DNA of 64,000 nucleotides from Patescibacteria group bacterium (GCA_018830295.1 JAHJSM010000001.1:1980-65979); one strand, 5' to 3'; positions 1 through 9,368 are shown, numbered from the stretch's first letter. A program made the numbers and translations. Notes: generated by a model from the letters alone, not told the origin.

Positions 1-275
1 TCTAATTTTTTAACATTAATTATTTTCAAATCGTAAGCCACCCTTAAATGAATTCTTAATCGTTCAATTCTCGTGTTTATTTCCGGAAAATAAATCCCCT
101 TATCCTCTTTGGAATTGGTTATAATAATCCAATCCAAAAGTTCGCTGGCTGTTTCTTTTAATTTTTGGCCTAAGGAATATTTATATTCTCTGGGAAAATT
201 ATGCGTCGCGCGATAAACTTCAAGGTTTAAATCATATCCCTTTTGAAAAATTGGCAAATGAATATAGCGCGACAT
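1..275 (-). CDS. avd: Avd-like four-helix-bundle protein (DGR accessory variability determinant), 3' end off window
   Basis: Not in ORF track. Manual translation from ATG at 275: MSRYIHLPIFQKGYDLNLEVYRATHNFPREYKYSLGQKLKETASELLDWIIITNSKEDK...RLRIHLRVAYDLKII; LPI..Y.L / FP..YK..LG pattern of the bAvd-like family; G-rich SD GGGAGGGA just upstream. Confidence 0.75.
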   Translation of the reverse strand, partial: MSRYIHLPIFQKGYDLNLEVYRATHNFPREYKYSLGQKLKETASELLDWIIITNSKEDKGIYFPEINTRIERLRIHLRVAYDLKIINVKKL

Positions 276-285
276 ATCCCTCCCT

Positions 286-836
286 CCCCCACAAATCTAT
301 AAATCTACAACAAATCTACAAATTTCTGGGAGATAGAACTCTAAAAAATTTAACACCGTTTGATGTAAAATTAGCAAGTATTGCCAACTTCATATCTGTT
401 GCTTTTAAATATCCCTTGACTTGTTCTATATTTCTCTTTGAAAAGTAATTCCCTTTTTTGATTTCAAGTACTATTTTATCCTCAATAATAAAATCTAAAT
501 AATATCTGCCTATAACTTCATTTTTAACGGATATTTTATAAGGAGCTTGTCTTCTAAATTTTATCTTTTCCGCAATAAAATATTTTTCTATCGCTTTTTC
601 GTAATACTTTTCTTGATAGCCGTAACCTAATTCATTATAGACATCAAATAATACACCGACAATTTTATAGCTTAATCTTTTATAAATTACTTTGTTTGTG
701 TTTTGTCTTTCTTCTATCATTGTTCATATTATACATTTTTCCCATAAATCAACCAGCCCCCACAAATCTATAAATATTCAACATCCATCTTATTCGGTAT
801 TTGTAGATTTGTGAGATGATTTGTTGATTTGCGGGA
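286..836. repeat. ACAAATCTA-type repeats flanking the GxxExxY gene
   Basis: 19-bp direct repeat CCCCCACAAATCTATAAAT at 286-304 and 757-775; extra ACAAATCTA copies to 323; inverted copies ATTTGTAGATTTGTG...ATTTGTTGATTTGCGGG at 799-836. Confidence 0.75.
316..720 (-). CDS. GxxExxY family protein (PD-(D/E)XK-like)
   Basis: Motif LGYGYQEKYY, then YLDFIIEDKIVLEIK and QV.GYLKA...LANF typical of the family. Confidence 0.9.
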   Translation of the reverse strand: MIEERQNTNKVIYKRLSYKIVGVLFDVYNELGYGYQEKYYEKAIEKYFIAEKIKFRRQAPYKISVKNEVIGRYYLDFIIEDKIVLEIKKGNYFSKRNIEQVKGYLKATDMKLAILANFTSNGVKFFRVLSPRNL

Positions 837-894
837 GATTAAGAAAATAATTAAATTAAGAGAATTATCAAATCATAAAATATTGCCAGGGGGG

Positions 895-2286
895 CTAACG
901 CACACAGCGCGAGTCATACTCATTAGTCTTAAGATTGGTGTCCGTGCTCCCGTGGCGCAAGTCCGTGTACCAAGCGCTGTGGGTACTGTAAGATTTAGTA
1001 GTAGCCGACCAAAAGTTGAAGTTAGCGTGAGGGAGATTCCCCCAGGAACCGTCAATATAGGCCTGCATTAACTCCTTTTGGTGCGGCAAACGCCAATTAC
1101 CGTCTCCTATGGCTTTGCAACCTGTAATATTCGGCGTGCTGGTCGCGGTGACGCATTGACAAGCGTCATCGCCATCGGCGGTACAAGTTCCCGGATTTGC
1201 CCAACTTCCTGGCGCCCAGCAATTATTCGCCCACCACCAATTATGATTGGTCCCGCTATCTAAATAATCAGACCAAATCTGACCCGTATTATTATCTTGA
1301 TAACAAACATCGCCCGTACATGCCGTAGAATCTCCTGTTTTGCAATAATTATTGGCCGCGGCGCATTGTGTCCAAGAAGCGGCAAAACTGTCAGTCGGTC
1401 TTGCGCCATTATCATTATAATCATCTACCCCGCCTAAGGCCTGCGTGTAAAAAGCGAAATCAGTCGCGGGACTAGTCGCCGAGCCGTTTTTTATATTCAC
1501 AACCGAAAACATACTTCTGTTATTCAAATATTCCAGCCGCTCTAAAATATTTCCATCTATATTGGCGGCTATTGTGGTTGAACTGTAGCCCGACTGAGCG
1601 AGCGCGTCTAAATAACCCGCCCGCGCGTCTGTCCAAGTGTTGGTTGTTAAAGCGGTTGAAGAAGGCGCTGTGTAATCATAATTGGTTTTAAACCAGCCAA
1701 AAAGCGTATCGGTGCTGGTGGCAACCGTGGAAGAGCCGAGATGATAAGCGATACTGCCGGCGAACGGAGTGGTTGAAGCGGTTGAACTTGAAATTAAAAA
1801 TCTCAAATCTGAATTAAGCAAATCTAAATAATTGGCTCTTGCGTCTGTCCAAGTATTGGTCGTTAAGGCGGTTGAAGAAGGAGCGGTGTAATTATAAGTT
1901 GTCTTGAACCAGCCAAAAAGCGTATCAGTGCTGGTGGCGGCGGTCATATCCATATTATCCACAATCAGTTTGCCAATGCTTCCGGCAGTAGTCAATTCCG
2001 AAGTCGCTTTGTCCCAGATATTGGCGGCCAAACTCGCTATCGCTTCGCTCATCGCCTCCAAACTATCCGTCGTTCGGTCAAAAGTGTCATTAATATCTTT
2101 CGCCGCCATTTCTAAAAGAGAATGCATTGTCCCCGCCGGACTCGCCGAGGGCTCTAAATCCCCTGCTCTAACAATCGTATAAACAGCCATTATGGAAATA
2201 ATAATCACAATCATTAAACTCCATAAACCTGGTTTATGGGCGAAGATAATCTTGCTCAAGCGCCCTTTTTTAAATTTTTTTGCCAT
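895..2286 (-). CDS. Secreted/membrane-anchored protein with C-terminal DUF1566 (Lcl, C-type-lectin fold) domain; probable DGR target
   Basis: N-terminal hydrophobic helix; D..TG.IW, WRLP..KEL, FWSAT, AW, terminal RCVR* motifs; lies upstream of Avd-like gene. Confidence 0.85.
   Translation of the reverse strand: MAKKFKKGRLSKIIFAHKPGLWSLMIVIIISIMAVYTIVRAGDLEPSASPAGTMHSLLEMAAKDINDTFDRTTDSLEAMSEAIASLAANIWDKATSELTTAGSIGKLIVDNMDMTAATSTDTLFGWFKTTYNYTAPSSTALTTNTWTDARANYLDLLNSDLRFLISSSTASTTPFAGSIAYHLGSSTVATSTDTLFGWFKTNYDYTAPSSTALTTNTWTDARAGYLDALAQSGYSSTTIAANIDGNILERLEYLNNRSMFSVVNIKNGSATSPATDFAFYTQALGGVDDYNDNGARPTDSFAASWTQCAAANNYCKTGDSTACTGDVCYQDNNTGQIWSDYLDSGTNHNWWWANNCWAPGSWANPGTCTADGDDACQCVTATSTPNITGCKAIGDGNWRLPHQKELMQAYIDGSWGNLPHANFNFWSATTKSYSTHSAWYTDLRHGSTDTNLKTNEYDSRCVR
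1610..1938 (-). repeat. Intragenic duplication (about 113 bp, period 216 bp)
   Basis: ATSTDTLFGWFKT.Y.YTAPSSTALTTNTWTDARA.YLD occurs twice (about 1826-1938 and 1610-1722). Confidence 0.9.
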
Positions 2287-2300
2287 AAATTTTTATCAAC

Positions 2301-2340
2301 AAAAAAACGGGCTTTTTGTTTTAAGAAAACAAAAAACCCG
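2301..2340 (-). terminator. Intrinsic terminator in the leader of the DUF1566 gene
   Basis: Minus strand CGGGTTTTTTGTTTT-CTT-AAAACAAAAAGCCCG (15-bp stem, one G-U) followed by T7; ends 14 nt before the ATG at 2286. Confidence 0.8.
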
Positions 2341-2363
2341 CTCCTCGCCAAAACTCATTATTT

Positions 2364-2432
<69 letters not shown>

Positions 2433-2471
2433 ATTTTATCCCTCTTGGAAGTTCGGATTCTAAGTAGGTTT

Positions 2472-2873
2472 TTAAACACTTAGTTTTAATTCTAATCTTT
2501 CAATTCTTCGTTTATGATTTTCTAATTTTTTATCTTGACGCTTATAAATTTTCATTCCTGATTTATTTTCGGTTTGTAAATCAGTAAGTTGTTTGCAAAT
2601 TTTATCTTGTCCGCTTAAAACTTTATCAAATTTTTCTTTGATTTGCTCATCAACTTTTTCAAATTTTTTGTCTATTTTGTCAAATCTTTCAGCAGCTACC
2701 TCAAATTGCCTATCTATGCCTTCAAATTTTTTGTCGTTTTTTCTAAACCCATAATCAACCGCCTCTAAAATAACCTTGCTTTGGCTCGCCAGCGCTTTAT
2801 CTAAGGTTTTTTCTAAAGTTTCTTCTAAATCTTTTTTGGTAACGAATTGATCGTCTTTATTTTTTCCTAACAT
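2472..2873 (-). CDS. Small coiled-coil hypothetical protein (paralog of 48354-48596)
   Basis: Heptad FDKIDKKF repeats; IKEKFDKVLSGQDKI shared with 48354-48596. Confidence 0.7.
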   Translation of the reverse strand: MLGKNKDDQFVTKKDLEETLEKTLDKALASQSKVILEAVDYGFRKNDKKFEGIDRQFEVAAERFDKIDKKFEKVDEQIKEKFDKVLSGQDKICKQLTDLQTENKSGMKIYKRQDKKLENHKRRIERLELKLSV

Positions 2874-3069
2874 TTTTTTTATTTTCTTTAATTTTTAAAT
2901 ACTTTCTAATATATTTTAACATTTTTTCAGAACATTTGCCACATAAAGCAAAAGACAGCCATTCTCCTCTTCCATTTATTCGACAATCAATCCACTTGGA
3001 TTTCTCGGATATAGAAGAATGTTTTTCTTTTTTTGTTTTATTGCAAATATCGCACTTTGTAATTTCCAT
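2857..3069 (-). CDS. Small Cys-rich (CxxC...CxxC) hypothetical protein
   Basis: CDIC and CGKC pairs; extended -10 TGGTAAGAT 6 nt before ATG. Confidence 0.65.
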   Translation of the reverse strand: MEITKCDICNKTKKEKHSSISEKSKWIDCRINGRGEWLSFALCGKCSEKMLKYIRKYLKIKENKKNVRKK

Positions 3070-3123
3070 ACTGGCATCTTACCACAAAACGCCCAAAACA
3101 ACAAAACAAGGTTGTGGATAAAA

Positions 3124-3303
3124 TTATTCTTCAACCTCAATCGCCTGGACCGGACAGACATCAACCGCCTCCTGGGCGCATTTCAAATCGCCGCCATCCT
3201 TAAGAACCGCTTTATTATCGCTGTCCATCTCAAAACAGTCCGAACAAACAGCGACGCAACTGCCGCACCCGATGCACTTATCTTTGTCTATTTTTATTTT
3301 CAT
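3124..3303 (-). CDS. Monocluster [4Fe-4S] ferredoxin (59 aa)
   Basis: Not in ORF track. MKIKIDKDKCIGCGSCVAVCSDCFEMDSDNKAVLKDGGDLKCAQEAVDVCPVQAIEVEE; CxxCxxC...CP motif; starts 2 nt after fba stop. Confidence 0.93.
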   Translation of the reverse strand: MKIKIDKDKCIGCGSCVAVCSDCFEMDSDNKAVLKDGGDLKCAQEAVDVCPVQAIEVEE

Positions 3304-3305
3304 AT

Positions 3306-4157
3306 TTATAATTTAAATAATTTTATTTTCTCTTCAACGACCTTTTGGACCGCCTCAACAACAGGCGCCATAATATTATGCGGTTTTGTCTCGTCTGGAT
3401 TTTTTTGGAGAAATTTTCTTAACGACCCCGCGTAAGCCATTCTTAATTCTGTATTAATATTAATCTTAACGATTCCTAATTCAATCGCTTTTTTAATATC
3501 CTCTTCTGGAGTGCCCGAACCGCCATGCAGGCATAAAAACGCTTTTTCGCCTAAAATATCGCTAATTTCCTTTAATCGCTCAAGAAAAAGATGCGGATTT
3601 TTTAAGTTTTCATTTTTAACAATCCCGTGAATGTTCCCAATAGCAATCGCCAAAGTGTCAATTCCCGTCTCTTGAACAAACCTCAACGCCTCCTCGGGAA
3701 CAGTCAAATCCTCCTCTTTTATTTCCACCGCCTCATGCAATTCCGAACCGCCCCTTAAATATCCCATCTCGCCTTCAACATTCAAAACGCCATTGTTTTT
3801 GGCAAACTCAACAACTCTTTTCGTTATTTCCGCGTTCTCCTTAAAACTCAACGCCGAACCGTCAAAATGAACTGAATCGTATCCGTCTTGAATCGCTTCT
3901 TCAACAATCTCAAACGATTTTCCATGGTCTAAATGCAAAACAATCGGCAGACCTGTTTCTTCCCGCCAAGCATCAATCGCCGCCTTGATTTGTTTGCCGC
4001 CAATAAACTTTTTTTCGCTTTCAGAGGTGGAGATAATAACGGGGCTTTTTAATTTTCGCGCCGCTTGAACAATCGCCCTAACCCCTTCTAAACCTGACGC
4101 GTTAAAAGCGCCAATCGCGTTCTTATTTTGTCTTGCTTCTTTAAATATGTTTAACAT
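3306..4157 (-). CDS. fba: Class II fructose-bisphosphate aldolase
   Basis: GAFN, LHLDHG, VEGEMG, IGNIHG, LHGGSG, KININT motifs. Confidence 0.93.
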   Translation of the reverse strand: MLNIFKEARQNKNAIGAFNASGLEGVRAIVQAARKLKSPVIISTSESEKKFIGGKQIKAAIDAWREETGLPIVLHLDHGKSFEIVEEAIQDGYDSVHFDGSALSFKENAEITKRVVEFAKNNGVLNVEGEMGYLRGGSELHEAVEIKEEDLTVPEEALRFVQETGIDTLAIAIGNIHGIVKNENLKNPHLFLERLKEISDILGEKAFLCLHGGSGTPEEDIKKAIELGIVKININTELRMAYAGSLRKFLQKNPDETKPHNIMAPVVEAVQKVVEEKIKLFKL

Positions 4158-4161
4158 AGTT

Positions 4162-5433
4162 TTATAAACTAATATATCCCTTATCTAAATTCTCCATCGT
4201 TAATTTATTAATCGTCTTCTCGCCCATATATTCGGAAAAAACCTTATTCCAAAGCGCTTCTTTTTGATGGTAAAGATGTCTGGAATTAAAATCCGCCTTC
4301 CTTAAAAAAGAAATTCCATTATCAAACAAATCAAAACTAATTAACTCCCCCTTCGCGGATTTGCCAGATGGAAAATATTGGGCGACCATATCTAACCCCT
4401 GCCAAAACCCAAGTTCCAAATCGTTAAACCGCTGAGCAAACTTCTCAATTGTCGCCGCCGCTTGGGTGTAATGTAATGACTCTGGATTGATGTGGGGCTC
4501 GGCCAACAAAGGGTCTTCTGGATTTTTCTTGCCTAAATATTTCGGAATAATCCGCCAATTAATTTCGTCCTTGCCTGATGGGGGCATCTCCCCGACTCCC
4601 ACTTTGAGCGCGCCAACTAATTTACGAGCGAAATCCGATTTCTGGCTATATATCTCAAAAAGACGCGAATGCCAATTTACTTCATAAATGTAATGAAGAA
4701 TCATAAAAAATAGATAAAGCATTTCATTCGGACCGCTCGCGCCAGTCGGGATAATAAAAACCATCCCCGCTTCTTTAAGATGGCTCATGTGGTGGAGTTT
4801 GTTGCCAAAAAAATTTTTGCCAAGCCCTGTCCACCTTTCCGGCAAAACCATAACTTTTATTTCTCTCTTTTCAAAATCATCTTTTTTGAGTTCGCTATAT
4901 GGTTTAAAAAAAACATTGTTCAGCCATTCCCCGTCCTCCGCGAACCTCAAAGCGGAAAAAATTTCAAAGCAATCCTCTTTTTCAATCATTTTATCAATGT
5001 CGCTGCCATAGCCCAAACTATTCATAATTTGCTTAGGAGGATTTAGTTTAAGCAGTTCTTCGGCTTTTTCTTTTTTAAGGTAAAATCCATTTAAATTGCC
5101 CGTTAATTCGCCGGTAGCGTGAATTAAACTGCGACAACCAGCTGCTGTCATGAGGTCTGGCTTTTGAAAATGTTCAAAAAGAGATTGATTTGTTTTTTTT
5201 GTTTTCTTTATAAGCGCCTGATAAACCTCTTCCGCTTGAATATCAAAAAAATTCTCATCCGCTCCAAACCCTAAGCCAACCAATGATTGCCTAACTTTAT
5301 GCTCGTTCTCGCGAACAATACTTTCTATAACCCCCTCTTTCCCGCTCGCCCGCCCCATTACCTTCTCCAAATCCAAAACAACCTTCTCGGATGTCCCCAA
5401 TAACTTCGCTAATTGTAAAACTTCCGTCCGCAT
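4162..5433 (-). CDS. Hypothetical protein (423 aa) embedded in sugar-phosphate operon
   Basis: Long ORF tightly packed between pfkB-like kinase and fba; no motif recognised. Confidence 0.75.
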   Translation of the reverse strand: MRTEVLQLAKLLGTSEKVVLDLEKVMGRASGKEGVIESIVRENEHKVRQSLVGLGFGADENFFDIQAEEVYQALIKKTKKTNQSLFEHFQKPDLMTAAGCRSLIHATGELTGNLNGFYLKKEKAEELLKLNPPKQIMNSLGYGSDIDKMIEKEDCFEIFSALRFAEDGEWLNNVFFKPYSELKKDDFEKREIKVMVLPERWTGLGKNFFGNKLHHMSHLKEAGMVFIIPTGASGPNEMLYLFFMILHYIYEVNWHSRLFEIYSQKSDFARKLVGALKVGVGEMPPSGKDEINWRIIPKYLGKKNPEDPLLAEPHINPESLHYTQAAATIEKFAQRFNDLELGFWQGLDMVAQYFPSGKSAKGELISFDLFDNGISFLRKADFNSRHLYHQKEALWNKVFSEYMGEKTINKLTMENLDKGYISL

Positions 5434-5445
5434 AAAATTAATATT

Positions 5446-6429
5446 TTAATGTATTACAACTTTGACTTTTTCCCACTCTCCCCATTCGCCCCTTTTTAAG
5501 AGGCCGTTGGTGGCGCCCATTTTTTGGACGACTGATGTGGCGTTGGCAGTCGCTAATTGGATGGCGTAAGAAATATCTTCTTTTTCAATCCAGCCCGCGA
5601 CAAAAGCAGCGCTAAAAGCGTCTCCTGCGCCGGTGCGGTCAACTAATCCCGATTTTGGAATACCGGCTGAATATATTTTTTTGCCGTCCGAGACAACCAC
5701 TCCCTCGGGGCCTTTTGTCATAACCGCAATTCCTTTAACTAATTTATCTAATTTCTTAAAAATTTCTTCTTCATTCTTAAAATCAACTTGAGTTAAAAGA
5801 GAGGCCTCTTCTTGATTAACTATTAAAATATCAACTTTATCAAGCAAAGCGCGCGTTTTCTCCAACCCTTCGCCTAACTGGCTTTCGCCAACCGGACTTG
5901 CGGCTATTTTAATCTTGTTTTCCACGGCAAAATCAAACAAGGCGCCAAGCGATTTATACGCCTCGCCCGATAAAGAACCAGCGTAAATCCATTTTGTTTT
6001 AATTTTTTCAAACGGAATATCTTGTTCGGTCATTTCATGGCAAGCCCCTAATTTTTTTAAAATACTTCGCTCGGTTTCAGGCAAAGAGAGAATAACCGAA
6101 AAAGCGGTTGGATATTTATCTGTTTCAATTAATAAATCGGTTGAAACGCCTTGAGCCGCGAGTTCATCCTTAATCATTTGCCCAGGATAATCCTTGCCAA
6201 CCAAACCCAAATAAGCCGTTTTTAATCCCTGCCTGGCGAATGTCACAGCCGCGTTTGTCCCGCATCCCCCCATGGCGAAATGAACGCTATCAACTTTCAT
6301 TTTTGAACCCAAGGGAACGCAAAGCCCTTTTTTGGTAATGAATTTTTCGCTTTCAATCACTTTTAAATTCTTGCTACTCATAAAAATATCTTGAGTAGCC
6401 GAACCAAGAGTTATAATGTCGTATTCCAT
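5446..6429 (-). CDS. PfkB family carbohydrate kinase
   Basis: GG.GTNAA and DRTGAGDAF signatures; start taken at MEYDII. Confidence 0.93.
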   Translation of the reverse strand: MEYDIITLGSATQDIFMSSKNLKVIESEKFITKKGLCVPLGSKMKVDSVHFAMGGCGTNAAVTFARQGLKTAYLGLVGKDYPGQMIKDELAAQGVSTDLLIETDKYPTAFSVILSLPETERSILKKLGACHEMTEQDIPFEKIKTKWIYAGSLSGEAYKSLGALFDFAVENKIKIAASPVGESQLGEGLEKTRALLDKVDILIVNQEEASLLTQVDFKNEEEIFKKLDKLVKGIAVMTKGPEGVVVSDGKKIYSAGIPKSGLVDRTGAGDAFSAAFVAGWIEKEDISYAIQLATANATSVVQKMGATNGLLKRGEWGEWEKVKVVIH

Positions 6430-6438
6430 AAGCAAAAT

Positions 6439-7410
6439 TTATTTTCTTTTCAAAACCCTCATGACCGCTTTTTGAATGTGTTTTGCGGTTAATCCGAATT
6501 TATCCATTAATTCGTCAGTTGTTCCCGACTCGCCCCAGCGATCTTGAACGCCAATCATTTCCACGGGAACCGGACATTCTCTCGCCAAAACCTCGCAAAC
6601 GGCGCTCCCCATTCCACCCTGAACTTGATGGTCTTCCGCTGTGACGATCGCGCCTGTTCTTTCAGCCGCCTCAATAATCGTTTCTTCGTCAATCGGCTTG
6701 ATAGTGTGATTATTGATTACACCTATGGAAAGACCTTTTTCTTCTAAATTATGAGCCGCCAAAAGCGCTTCGTGAACAGTCGGGCCGCAAGCGATAATTG
6801 TCGCGTCAGCGCCCTTGCGGAAAACATTCGCTTTTCCAATTTTAAAAGGTGTTTCTTTTGTGGTAAAAATCGGTGTCGCTTCTCGCGCGAACCTCAAATA
6901 GACCGGTCCGTTCATTTCCCCCGCCGCGATTGTCGCTTTTTTCGTCTCAATCATATCACAAGGAGCCAAAACAGTCATATTAGGCAAACAGCGAGTAATG
7001 GCGATATCTTCCAGTCCTTGATGAGTAGCGCCATCCGCTCCGACGGAAATCCCCGCATGCGCGCCAGTTAATTTAACATTCGCCTTGTTATAGGCGACGC
7101 TAATTCGTATCTGGTCCCAGTTCCGCCCCGGACAAAAAACCGAATAAGTTGAAGCAAAAGGAACCTTCCCCGCCAAAGCCAATCCAACCGCCACGCCCGC
7201 CATATTCTGCTCGGCAATCCCGCATTGAATAAACCTGTCCGGATATTTATCCCTAAACCAATCAACCCTCGTTGAGGCGGTTAAATCAGCGCCCAAAGCG
7301 ACCACATTCTCGTTTTTATCCCCAAGTTCAACCAACCCCTCGCCGAACCCGTCGCGAGTCGGCTTTTGTTCTAACTTTTCTTTTTGATAAACATTTTTGT
7401 CTAAGTTCAT
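6439..7410 (-). CDS. Transketolase, C-terminal subunit
   Basis: GIAEQNM, DGATHQ, GPVYLR motifs; ORF-track N-terminus is a palindromic repeat, start moved to ATG 7410. Confidence 0.93.
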   Translation of the reverse strand: MNLDKNVYQKEKLEQKPTRDGFGEGLVELGDKNENVVALGADLTASTRVDWFRDKYPDRFIQCGIAEQNMAGVAVGLALAGKVPFASTYSVFCPGRNWDQIRISVAYNKANVKLTGAHAGISVGADGATHQGLEDIAITRCLPNMTVLAPCDMIETKKATIAAGEMNGPVYLRFAREATPIFTTKETPFKIGKANVFRKGADATIIACGPTVHEALLAAHNLEEKGLSIGVINNHTIKPIDEETIIEAAERTGAIVTAEDHQVQGGMGSAVCEVLARECPVPVEMIGVQDRWGESGTTDELMDKFGLTAKHIQKAVMRVLKRK

Positions 7411-7428
7411 AATATTATTGGTTAAATT

Positions 7429-7459
7429 GGGGGCTGCCCCCGTTGCGGGGGCAGCCCCC
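7429..7459. repeat. REP-like palindrome type A
   Basis: GGGGGCTGCCCCC-GTTGC-GGGGGCAGCCCCC. Confidence 0.92.
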
Positions 7460-7467
7460 AAACTTAC

Positions 7468-8316
7468 TTAATCATTTTCACTTTTAATCTTTCCGCCTAA
7501 AGTCCTTAAACAAGCAAGCGCTTTCTTTGCTTCTTCAGGGCAAGGCGTTTTGCCGTGCCATGAATATTCCCATTCTATAAAATCAACTCCCTTGCCCGGA
7601 ATCGTATGGGCAATAATCAAAGTTGGTTTCTCAAAAATCGCTTTTGATTTATTGCAAGCGTCAATAATTTCCCTAATATTATGCCCGTCAACATCCAAAA
7701 CATGCCACCCAAACGCCTCGTATTTTTCTTTGAGCGGCTCTATTGGCATAACATCTTCTGTATAACCGTCAATTTGAATATTATTCCTATCCATAATTTG
7801 CGTCAGATTAAAAAGACGATACTTGCCCGCAAACATAACCGCTTCCCAAACCTGACCCTCATTATGTTCGCCGTCGCTCCCTAAACACCAAACCCAATTA
7901 TCTTTTTTATCAATCTTGCTAAACGAATAAGCCATTCCGCAAGCGATTGACAACCCCTGCCCCAAAGAACCGCCCGAGGTCTCAAGCCCCGGCAATTCCA
8001 ATCGGTTAGGATGTCCTTGCAAACGGCTGCCTAATTTTCGCAGTGTCTTTAATTCGCTCACGGGAAAATATCCCGCGCGCGCCATCGCCGCGTACATGAC
8101 TGGACAAATATGAGCGTTAGAAAGAATGAGGCGGTCTCTTTCTTCCCAGTCGGGTTTTTTGGGATTATGCTTCATTACCCCGCCTAAATAAAGAGCGGTA
8201 AAAACATCCGCCATCCCAAGCGACCCCGCCGAATGCCCCGACTTTGCTTCGGTCAGCATTTTAATAATATCCTCCCTAATCTCATTCGCCTTTTTGTCTA
8301 ATTCTTGTGTGTCCAT
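7468..8316 (-). CDS. Transketolase, N-terminal (TPP-binding) subunit
   Basis: SGH.AGSL, RDRLILS.AH, LQGHP, GSLGQGLS, SDGE..EG motifs. Confidence 0.93.
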   Translation of the reverse strand: MDTQELDKKANEIREDIIKMLTEAKSGHSAGSLGMADVFTALYLGGVMKHNPKKPDWEERDRLILSNAHICPVMYAAMARAGYFPVSELKTLRKLGSRLQGHPNRLELPGLETSGGSLGQGLSIACGMAYSFSKIDKKDNWVWCLGSDGEHNEGQVWEAVMFAGKYRLFNLTQIMDRNNIQIDGYTEDVMPIEPLKEKYEAFGWHVLDVDGHNIREIIDACNKSKAIFEKPTLIIAHTIPGKGVDFIEWEYSWHGKTPCPEEAKKALACLRTLGGKIKSEND

Positions 8317-8322
8317 ATTTTT

Positions 8323-8736
8323 TTATGTTAATTTTAATTCTAATTTTTCAACTCTATTTTCTAAATTAAGCAATTGTTTTTTGTCATTTTTTTGATTAAG
8401 TTTAATTTCTCTTATGTCAGCTTTAATGTCCGCAAATTCCTGACTGTGTTTTCTTATAATTTTGCCGTGCTTTGTTAAAATATCTTCTATCGCTAAAACC
8501 CTTCGTTCTATGCTATTTAATTTAGTTTTTATATCTGATATATCTTCCTTCATTTTATCAAATTTCTCGTCCATCTTATTGAATTTTTTATCAACATTAT
8601 CAAATCCATTTTTAGTTATCATAGCCAAATTCTCAATCTCTTTTTTAAGATTTTTGTCAACATTTTCAAAACCTTGTTTGACTATAGAAGCCAAATTCTC
8701 AATTGTCATTTTTTTCTTTTCTTTTATAAATGGCAT
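8323..8736 (-). CDS. Small coiled-coil hypothetical protein
   Basis: IENLA..V/TK.GF.NVDK repeated twice, ends LENRVEKLE; overlaps rpe stop. Confidence 0.7.
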   Translation of the reverse strand: MPFIKEKKKMTIENLASIVKQGFENVDKNLKKEIENLAMITKNGFDNVDKKFNKMDEKFDKMKEDISDIKTKLNSIERRVLAIEDILTKHGKIIRKHSQEFADIKADIREIKLNQKNDKKQLLNLENRVEKLELKLT

Positions 8737-9365
8737 GATTTTAATTCCTCAATTGATTTTTTGATATCTTCGCTTTTAAAAATGGCGCTTCCGACGGCTA
8801 AAATATCCGCGCCCGCTCGAACGACTTTTTGAGCCGTTTCTAAATTAATTCCTCCATCAACCTCTATTTTAACATTTTCATCCCTCTCCCGCAAAGCCCT
8901 AATTTTCCCCAAGGTCGCTTCTATAAATTCTTGTCCGCCGCGGCCAGGACGGACGGTCATTATTAAAACACTTAAAATACTTGAAACATTAAGAAATGGG
9001 CTTAACTCGTTTGCGGAGGTTTCGGGGTTGATGGCGATACTCGCTTCCAGACCGGCGTCTTGAATTTTTTTAATCACTTCGCCTAATTTTTTTGTCGCTT
9101 CGTAGTGGATAATAATCCTTTTGACGCCTGATTTAATCCAACTATCAATTACATCCTCCGGTTTCTCAACCATTAAATGCGCTTCCAGTTTTAAGTTTGT
9201 TTTTAACTTTTTTAAATCGGATGGATGATTCCATGTTATATTATCCACAAATTTCCCGTCCATCACATCTAATTGCGCCCACTCAACAAACGGCTCAATT
9301 TGCTTGATTTTATCTTTCAATTCCTCAAAATCTTTCGCGATAATAGCGGGAATAACTTGTATCAT
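8724..9365 (-). CDS. rpe: Ribulose-phosphate 3-epimerase
   Basis: DVMDGKFV, AHLMV..P, INPET, MTV.PG.GGQ, VDGGIN. Confidence 0.95.
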   Translation of the reverse strand: MIQVIPAIIAKDFEELKDKIKQIEPFVEWAQLDVMDGKFVDNITWNHPSDLKKLKTNLKLEAHLMVEKPEDVIDSWIKSGVKRIIIHYEATKKLGEVIKKIQDAGLEASIAINPETSANELSPFLNVSSILSVLIMTVRPGRGGQEFIEATLGKIRALRERDENVKIEVDGGINLETAQKVVRAGADILAVGSAIFKSEDIKKSIEELKSCHL

Positions 9366-9368
9366 AAA

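Noticed and set aside
873-1055. Separate 60-aa ORF or template repeat
   Set aside because: Alternate frame of the target gene 3' end; no second copy of this region was found in the window.
1610-1938. DGR TR/VR pair
   Set aside because: Both copies are in-frame in mid-gene and differ by mixed, mostly synonymous changes, not adenine-specific ones.
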